Shown here in pieces: positions 57,828 through 64,000 of a stretch of 64,000 nt of DNA. Made by a program: the position numbers and the translations under genes. The notes under the pieces were generated by a model. It ran no database searches. It was not told where the DNA came from and was given only the letters and a program-made list of their open reading frames with translations. The stretch is from Sedimentisphaerales bacterium (GTDB lineage: Bacteria > Planctomycetota > Phycisphaerae > Sedimentisphaerales > SM23-30), in NCBI GenBank assembly GCA_963667715.1, contig OY763926.1:213486-277485 (forward strand). Reading direction: 5' to 3'. Numbering within the stretch: the first letter of the stretch is position 1; each line of letters opens with the position of its first letter.

Positions 57828-57856
57828 TTGACATAATAGGTTGTGTTTCTTATAAT
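57828..57856 (+). promoter_or_regulatory. Consensus sigma70 promoter
   Basis: TTGACA-17 nt-TATAAT, a perfect match, 49 nt upstream of the 57905 ATG. Confidence 0.6.
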
Positions 57857-57904
57857 GTTGGCCTGTATAAATAAAACCCCCGAGCAAGAAGAGGCAGCGA
57901 AATA

Positions 57905-58126
57905 ATGTTAAAGATAACAAAAGCTATCCTGGTAATGACATTTGTTGTAAGTGCTTTTATGTTGGCAGGTTGTGAATCAACAACCCATAGTTCAGAGCAG
58001 CAGGCGAAGAAGTATGCACGTATCATGCAGACAAACAGCAGAATGATGGCCGATGACTTTGATAGATTCTTCCTGTTGGACGGCAATTCACGTCTGAGCA
58101 GATGGCATACAATCGTTCCAGAATAA
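57905..58126 (+). CDS. Small lipoprotein (hypothetical)
   Basis: 73 aa, lipobox AFMLAGC, downstream of the consensus promoter. Confidence 0.55.
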   Translation: MLKITKAILVMTFVVSAFMLAGCESTTHSSEQQAKKYARIMQTNSRMMADDFDRFFLLDGNSRLSRWHTIVPE

Positions 58127-58250
58127 TATGCCGCCAGATAGGTGTTTTTAGAGCATAGATGGCGTATAAATATTGATACTACAATGGTATAACAGCTTAC
58201 CAAAGCGATCCCGAGTTAGCGTTACCCGCGAGTTTAAGGCATCGATCCCC

Positions 58251-59465
58251 ATGGCGATATTGTTGGGGGTTATGGGTAACTCTTTTGTCGGGCTGGTTGG
58301 CCATAAAGCATTGGGTATGTCAGATAATATGGTAGCGGTCCTGCAGGCGATGAGCATGGCAGGATTTATCGTTACCGGAATAGGTACGTCATATTTATTT
58401 AAGTATAGTAAGCCCCGTAGTTTGCGGCTTATCTTTTCGATCGTTAGCGTCCTGCTGACGAGTGTATTTTTCCTACCATATATTCCATATTCGGAATATG
58501 TATTCATCTTACAGATATTCCTTATCCAGACTGCGCTAGCTTTTGGTGGTTCGCTGCGATCAGCGATATGGCGCAAGAATTATCCCGATGAGCATAGAGC
58601 TAAGATGCTGGTGATGATCTATCTGACAATTACTATGATAAGTAGTATTGCGGTGATGGTCTTTTCGAGCTGTTTGGATATGGGGGTGAGTTTTAACTAT
58701 ATATACCTGTTTTGTGCGGTAATGGCAATTGCGACGGCGTGGGGTATCGGTTTGATCCGGGTGAGCGGCGAGAAGCGAGATATTGTAAGCTATCGAGCGG
58801 GGCTCAGTGGTCAGAGTAGTGCGGGTCAGTTTTTTACCGGGGTAAAGGTTCTTAAGGACGATGCCCGGTTCCGTCGATTTTTGAGCTGGCAGATGCTGAA
58901 TGGGCTGTGCTGTCTGTCGATCGAGGCGGCGCTGGTGATAATATTGACGCGGATAATAGATGGTCGAGCAGATATAACTAATAAGTGGCTGGTTGGTGGT
59001 ACGACACTGGCGGCGTTGCCTCAGTTTGTGTGTGCGTTGTCGTCGACGTTATGGGCGAGATATTTCGATCGTAAGGATATATTTATAATCCGGGCGATAG
59101 CGGCCGGGAGCTGGTCGTCGAGTAGATTGGTACTTGCAGTTGGATTATTTACGGGTAATTTGTATATAATAGTATTGAGCCGGGTGGTGACAGGAGTGAG
59201 TATGGGTCTCGGTCAGCTGGCCTGGCGGCTGGGTCATATGACATTTGCCCCGCCGGAGAAGGATGGACTGTATATGGGAGCCCATCAGATGCTGACGGGT
59301 ATAAGAGGTATGGCGGCTCCGTTTATCGGTATCTACCTGCTGAAGTATGATTGGGTAGGCCCGAATGCGACGTGGCTGGTATTGCTGTCGGCGGCGGGTA
59401 TGGCGGCGTCCGGATTAGCATTTTTGAAGATGCGTAAGGATTATAGCGATCTGGTGAGGAAGTGA
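58251..59465 (+). CDS. MFS-type transporter
   Basis: About 12 TM segments. The start is set at ATG (MAILLGVMGNSF); the track ORF starts at TTG 58173. Confidence 0.65.
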   Translation: MAILLGVMGNSFVGLVGHKALGMSDNMVAVLQAMSMAGFIVTGIGTSYLFKYSKPRSLRLIFSIVSVLLTSVFFLPYIPYSEYVFILQIFLIQTALAFGGSLRSAIWRKNYPDEHRAKMLVMIYLTITMISSIAVMVFSSCLDMGVSFNYIYLFCAVMAIATAWGIGLIRVSGEKRDIVSYRAGLSGQSSAGQFFTGVKVLKDDARFRRFLSWQMLNGLCCLSIEAALVIILTRIIDGRADITNKWLVGGTTLAALPQFVCALSSTLWARYFDRKDIFIIRAIAAGSWSSSRLVLAVGLFTGNLYIIVLSRVVTGVSMGLGQLAWRLGHMTFAPPEKDGLYMGAHQMLTGIRGMAAPFIGIYLLKYDWVGPNATWLVLLSAAGMAASGLAFLKMRKDYSDLVRK

Positions 59466-59600
59466 GGGAAGAAGGTAGTATGGTTGCAAGGAAGAAAGGA
59501 AGTAAGGGAAGTGGGGAAAGTGCAAAAGTGAAGAAGTGAAGAGGGGAAGTATGTTGTTGACAGGAATTGACTTGTGGTGGATGTTTGAGGAAAAAATGAT

Positions 59601-60233
59601 ATGCGGATAATTGCAGGGACACGGGCGCGGATGAGTTTGCAGGGGCCCAAGGATAAGACAACACGTCCGATACCGGATATGGTTAAAGAGGCATTGTTCT
59701 CGATCTTGAAACATGAGATCGAGGGTAAGGTTGTGGCTGACCTGTTCAGTGGTACTGGCTCGATGGGGCTTGAGGCTTTGAGCCGTGGTGCGGCCCATGC
59801 GATGTTCGTAGATATGGATCGAGATGCGATAAAGCGGCTAAATGAGAATATTGCAAAGCTGCGATTTGAAGAAGAGACGACGGTGCTGCGTGCAGATATA
59901 TTTAAGTATGGTGTTCCGCGAAGTAGCCGGTTGAAGAAATGGCAGAGCGAGAGTTCGGCGAGTGGGGTAGATATAGTATTTTGTGATCCGCCGTTTCCGC
60001 TGGCACGTGAGACAGGCGAAGAATCGCAGCTGGGTAAGATGATGAAGAAGATAAGTAAGTATGTTGGCCCGGGTGCGATGGTAATGTTGAGGAATGAGAA
60101 GAAGTATCCGGTATTGGAGAAGTATGGTGAGCTGGAGCTGTTCGATCAGCGATCGTATGGGATAATGACATTGAACTTTTATAAGAAGCAGGAGCCGATG
60201 GCGGCTGATGATGCGGTTGGCCAGGAGTCTTGA
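59601..60233 (+). CDS. rsmD: 16S rRNA (guanine966-N2)-methyltransferase
   Basis: MRIIAGTRARMSL..TRPIPDMVKEALFSIL, DLFSGTGSMGLEALSRGA and FCDPPF. Confidence 0.88.
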   Translation: MRIIAGTRARMSLQGPKDKTTRPIPDMVKEALFSILKHEIEGKVVADLFSGTGSMGLEALSRGAAHAMFVDMDRDAIKRLNENIAKLRFEEETTVLRADIFKYGVPRSSRLKKWQSESSASGVDIVFCDPPFPLARETGEESQLGKMMKKISKYVGPGAMVMLRNEKKYPVLEKYGELELFDQRSYGIMTLNFYKKQEPMAADDAVGQES

Positions 60234-61471
60234 TGAGCGAAGAAAACAGACAAGCGGCGATGAAGGTAATTGAGATTCTGCACGAAGCGGGGTTCCAGGG
60301 TTTATGGGCCGGAGGTTGCGTGCGTGATATGCTGATGGGGGTAGAGCCTCAGGATTATGATATAGCGACGGATGCGTACCCGGAGCAGGTAGGGAAGCTG
60401 TTTCGCAGGACGCTAATGGTGGGTGCCCAGTTTGGTGTGGTTGTGGTACTTATCGGTAATGTACAGATCGAGGTTGCGACATTTCGCAGTGAGGGTGGGT
60501 ATGCAGATGGGCGGCGGCCGGATAGTATAGAGTTTACCGATGCAAAGGAAGATGCGCTGCGTCGAGACTTTACTATTAACGGGATGTTCTATGATCCGAT
60601 AGCAGATGAGGTGCTGGACTATGTAGGTGGTAGGCATGATCTGGAGGGGCGGGTAATCCGGGCGATCGGAGATGCTGAGGCTCGGTTTGGTGAGGATCAT
60701 TTGCGGATGCTGAGAGCGGTGCGTTTTGCTGCACGGCTGGGTTATGTGATCGAGAGTAAGACATGGCAGGCGATATGTAAGCATCGGATGCGGATAAGTA
60801 TGATAAGTGCTGAACGGGTGGCGATGGAGCTGGAGAAGATCCTGGTGCATGAGAGTCGTCATACGGGTATGCGGCTGCTGGCTGATTGCGGGCTGATGAA
60901 GTATATATTTCCGTGGTGCTCGCCGGAGTGTCATGAGGAGGGTATCGAGCTGCTGAAGTATATCAGGGGTGAGGTTGATCTTGGACTTGGGCTGGCGATG
61001 ATATTGATAGCGGAGGAAGTTGAGGATGTTGGTCAGATATGTCGGGAGCTGAAACTGAGTAATGATGTGAGGAAGAAGGGGCACTGGCTGGCGGCGGGTA
61101 TGGCGAAGCTGGCGGGAGATATGCCGTTGAGTAAGGGTCGGCTCAAGCGATGGCTGGCGAATGAGTGGTTTGGCGACTTGAGGCGACTGATGCGGGCGAG
61201 GAATGAGCAGCTGGGCGAGTCGAATGAGGCGATGGATAGGCTGGCGGAACAGATAGAGGAGCTGGGCGATGAGGAGATAACGCCGGTACCGATCTTGAAT
61301 GGTAATGATCTGATGGCTTTGGGTATTAAGCCGGGGCCGGGGCTGGGAGCGATGTTTGATAAGGTATATCTGGCACAGCTGGAAGGGGAGATTGTTGATA
61401 AGGGGCAGGCGGAGGAAATGGTTAGGAAGTGCAAAGTGCAAAGTGCAAAGTGCGAAGATGGGGAAGTGTAG
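60233..61471 (+). CDS. cca: CCA-adding enzyme / poly(A) polymerase-family tRNA nucleotidyltransferase
   Basis: GGCVRDMLMG..PQDYDIAT, RSEGGYADGRRP and RRDFTINGM. TGATG overlap with the rsmD stop. The last ~14 codons are encoded by a GTGCAAA repeat. Confidence 0.88.
   Translation: MSEENRQAAMKVIEILHEAGFQGLWAGGCVRDMLMGVEPQDYDIATDAYPEQVGKLFRRTLMVGAQFGVVVVLIGNVQIEVATFRSEGGYADGRRPDSIEFTDAKEDALRRDFTINGMFYDPIADEVLDYVGGRHDLEGRVIRAIGDAEARFGEDHLRMLRAVRFAARLGYVIESKTWQAICKHRMRISMISAERVAMELEKILVHESRHTGMRLLADCGLMKYIFPWCSPECHEEGIELLKYIRGEVDLGLGLAMILIAEEVEDVGQICRELKLSNDVRKKGHWLAAGMAKLAGDMPLSKGRLKRWLANEWFGDLRRLMRARNEQLGESNEAMDRLAEQIEELGDEEITPVPILNGNDLMALGIKPGPGLGAMFDKVYLAQLEGEIVDKGQAEEMVRKCKVQSAKCEDGEV
61429..61457 (+). 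repeat. (GTGCAAA)x3 + GTGCGAA heptamer repeat inside the cca 3' end
   Basis: GTGCAAAGTGCAAAGTGCAAAGTGCGAAG encodes the tail ..KCKVQSAKCED. Confidence 0.85.
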
Positions 61472-61593
61472 AAGAGGAGAGTTTTTTAAAAGACAGGATA
61501 ACAGGATTTTTCGACAGATTGTGGGGGTGTTGGGATTGATTGGGGGGGGCAGGGTGTTGCTTTTTGGGGGAGGGATAGAATGAGTATTATAAT

Positions 61594-62547
61594 ATGTTTA
61601 TAGATTTGATATTAAATGTAGGCTGTGTGTTTTTGATGATGGTGCCGGGTTTTGCGGCGCGGAAGAAGGGTTGGATCGATAATAGCAGTATGCTGTCGCT
61701 ATCGCGGGTGATGTTGTACTTTTGTTATCCGTGTCTGATCTTCACATCGATAACGGGTAATTATTCGCTGGCGGAGCTGGGAGGTTCGGTTGTGCTGCCG
61801 ATAGGGTCGGCGATGATAATGCTGGTGGGGTATATAGTTGGATATTGCTATTGCCGGTTGAAGGGTGGGCTGGGCGATGGTCAGCGTCGTTCGTTTATAT
61901 TTCAGTGTACGATGAATAATTACAGCTTCCTGCCGATCGCGGTGATAATGTCGATGTTTGGAAGTGAGCTGGTTGCGCCGCTGATCTTGTCGACATTGGG
62001 CGCGGAGCTGGTGATGTGGACGATTGGGATATTGACGATAAGCGGGAGGAAGCTGTCGGTTAGCTCGCTGCGTGCGATGCTGAGTCCGCCGCTGTTGGGA
62101 GTGTATGCTGCGATGGTGGTACTGGTAGTATTTGCTGTTTGCGGGCTGGATAAGAGTTTGCTGGTGAGCAGGGGCGAGAAGGGTTTCTATCTGTATAATT
62201 CGCTGCGTACGCTGGGGCAGGGAACGGTGCCGCTGGCGATGACGATAGCAGGTGCGAGAATGGCACAGCTGAAGTTTGAACATGTGCATAATAAGCTGGT
62301 GTATGTTCTGAGCGGGTTGAGGCTGGTGGTGATACCGCTGGCGGCGATCGGGGTGCTGAGTATGTTGGATATGTCGGCGGAGTATCGCACGATATTATTG
62401 ATAGTTGCGGTTATGCCGGTGTCGTTGAATAGTCTGCTGTTAAATGAGCTTTACGGCGGTAATAGGGAGTTGATAGCGGGTTCGGTATTGCTGAGTCATG
62501 TGCTGTCGCTGGTTAGTGTGCCGGGGATGTTGTATATTTTTTTGTAG
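61594..62547 (+). CDS. AEC-family (auxin efflux carrier-like) membrane transporter
   Basis: 317 aa, about 10 TM segments. N-terminus MFIDLILNVGCVFLMMVPGFAARKKGWI is typical of the family. Confidence 0.75.
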   Translation: MFIDLILNVGCVFLMMVPGFAARKKGWIDNSSMLSLSRVMLYFCYPCLIFTSITGNYSLAELGGSVVLPIGSAMIMLVGYIVGYCYCRLKGGLGDGQRRSFIFQCTMNNYSFLPIAVIMSMFGSELVAPLILSTLGAELVMWTIGILTISGRKLSVSSLRAMLSPPLLGVYAAMVVLVVFAVCGLDKSLLVSRGEKGFYLYNSLRTLGQGTVPLAMTIAGARMAQLKFEHVHNKLVYVLSGLRLVVIPLAAIGVLSMLDMSAEYRTILLIVAVMPVSLNSLLLNELYGGNRELIAGSVLLSHVLSLVSVPGMLYIFL

Positions 62548-62634
62548 AAGAGAGGTTGAAAGGTTGTAAGGAAGTAAGGTTGAAAGTGGCGGTTTCTCGC
62601 TCCGCTCGAGGCTGGTTTAAATATTGGTGAGGGG

Positions 62635-64000
62635 TTAGAATTTAAGTTGGAGGCGGGCGAAGATTGTTCGGCCGGGGGTGGTGTTGGCGGTGAACTGTCC
62701 GAATCCGAGATGGGCGTTGTTGTCGTAGTTGATTATGTCCTGGACGCCGATCATGAACTCACCTTTATTGTTATTGAACTTTCTGGATAGAGTGAGGTCT
62801 AGCCGGTGGTTTGGCCTGATGTTTGGTATGTCGGAGAATGACATCGTCATGTCGGAATATTGATAGTTGGTATTGAATGTCCATAGGTCGTTCAGGAAAT
62901 ACCGCCAGGTAAGGCCGGCCTTGTTCTTTGACGGAGCGTATGATCTGAAGTCCTGGTTGGAGAATTTGTTTTGGATATCGTTGTAGGCGTACCATAAGGT
63001 GAGCTTAGAGTTTTTGAAACGATGTTCCAGGTCGGCTTCTGCGCCGTAGGCACCGAACGGGCCCTGATTGAAGAACTGGGTGAAGCGTCGTCCCAGGCCT
63101 AGTGGGTCGGGGAGGGTTTGTAGTCCGATCATGTCGTCCATCTGCTGATAATAAGCGTTGATATTTAACATGGTGTTTTTGATAACGGACTGCTGATAGC
63201 CGGCTTCGAAGAAGAGAATGTTTTCGTTGCGGAGCTCTTTGGCTTGCACCAGGTTTGTGAAGTACAGGCCGGGCGCGAGTGGTATAGCACCCTGGCTACT
63301 ACCGCGTAGGAAGATCATTGGAGTGCGATAGGATCGGCCGGCACTGAATCGTAGGGCTCGTGTCTGATCGTCGTCCAGGAATCGAAGAGCTGTTAGTCGT
63401 AGTCCGAGCTCATTTTCATTTTCGGTGAAATAGTCGCCGCGCAGTTGAGTTTCTACGGTCCAGTCATTATTGATCTCCCAGCGATCGATACCGAATAGCC
63501 CGATCTGGTATTGGTTGAACTGTTCTTCCTGGAATTTGGTTTGGGTTTCGCCTTCGAAGTCGAGCTGCATATTAAGCAGGTGCACGTTAGAACCTACCTG
63601 TGTTTGGTGGTTATCGTTATGTGTAAAGCTATATTGAGCTTCAATGTCGAAGTCGTGAGCTTTGTAGGACGCGGCAGATAAGTTGATCATTTTGAAGAAG
63701 TCGTAGCGGAACTGGATATATGCAGAAGTTTCGCTATCGATGGTTTTATTTAGTTTAGCATAAGAGAAGAAAGTTTTTGAGTTGAAGTCAACGTCTGAGG
63801 TTACTCCGATGAACTCGAGTATGCCTGCATCAAGGTTAGAATAACTTAATCCTAAGTCAAGTTTGGTGTCAGGGGCGATATTATAAATTGATTCGTAGTT
63901 GAATGCATACTGTCTGAAGAAATCTTTATCGTCATAATCGTCTGGGTTGAGCAGGGTGTATAGACCGGGGTCTCTGAACATCATTTCGCCGTAACCGGCT
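62635..64000 (-). CDS. Outer-membrane beta-barrel protein, TonB-dependent-receptor-like C-terminal part (partial; continues past the window end)
   Basis: The ORF is open to position 64000. It shows an alternating beta-strand pattern and ends in the terminal aromatic ...FARLQLKF. Confidence 0.6.
   Translation of the reverse strand, partial: AGYGEMMFRDPGLYTLLNPDDYDDKDFFRQYAFNYESIYNIAPDTKLDLGLSYSNLDAGILEFIGVTSDVDFNSKTFFSYAKLNKTIDSETSAYIQFRYDFFKMINLSAASYKAHDFDIEAQYSFTHNDNHQTQVGSNVHLLNMQLDFEGETQTKFQEEQFNQYQIGLFGIDRWEINNDWTVETQLRGDYFTENENELGLRLTALRFLDDDQTRALRFSAGRSYRTPMIFLRGSSQGAIPLAPGLYFTNLVQAKELRNENILFFEAGYQQSVIKNTMLNINAYYQQMDDMIGLQTLPDPLGLGRRFTQFFNQGPFGAYGAEADLEHRFKNSKLTLWYAYNDIQNKFSNQDFRSYAPSKNKAGLTWRYFLNDLWTFNTNYQYSDMTMSFSDIPNIRPNHRLDLTLSRKFNNNKGEFMIGVQDIINYDNNAHLGFGQFTANTTPGRTIFARLQLKF

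Noticed and set aside
1-64000. Prophage, ICE or a classical defence island
   Set aside because: The window contains no integrase, phage structural genes, conjugation genes or toxin-antitoxin genes, and no known defence genes other than hsdR.

Overview
This is a 64-kb bacterial chromosomal window. GC looks moderate by eye and was not computed. The secreted-protein architectures (LamG/Ig/dockerin-like, lamin-tail, LRR, zinc-ribbon membrane proteins) hint at a PVC-group or Planctomycetota-like organism, at low confidence.

The coding content is mostly ordinary housekeeping:
- hsdR, nadB, ilvB-ilvN, rny-ymdB
- an AsmA/TamB-like giant protein and a capD/pglF-like dehydratase
- an MscS-like channel, cdaA-cdaR, lptB, rsmD, cca
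- AEC and MFS transporters, plus a partial outer-membrane barrel
- two paralogous GntR/ABC-ATPase/membrane-protein cassettes
- four secreted proteins carrying dockerin-like modules

The unusual part is the non-coding DNA.
1. The first 2.1 kb is a tandem array of 234-bp units. Each unit is an hsdS-like 3' fragment plus a REP doublet. A RAYT-type (IS200-like Y1/HUH) transposase gene sits in the array, flanked by inverted GTAG-hairpin REPs.
2. Two classes of GTAG-bearing REP hairpins are scattered through the window. All have the same orientation, and several supply or abut stop codons.
3. At least 13 intergenic regions are filled by 0.4-0.9 kb mosaic clusters. They are built from the same roughly dozen hairpin- and purine-rich modules, in largely the same order (M1 position varies) and with every copy I recognised on the + strand. 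By eye this is roughly a fifth of the window.
4. One module (M1, six copies) has three hairpins with compensatory and wobble substitutions. It is a candidate structured RNA or ssDNA element.
5. There is also a MITE-like element with 14-bp terminal inverted repeats, an 18-nt mini-hairpin nested inside other repeats, and heptamer/octamer microsatellites.

I saw no CRISPR array, rRNA, tRNA or prophage. I regard the RAYT/REP system together with the co-oriented modular intergenic element as the candidate undescribed system. All repeat identities are by-eye alignments and need computation.
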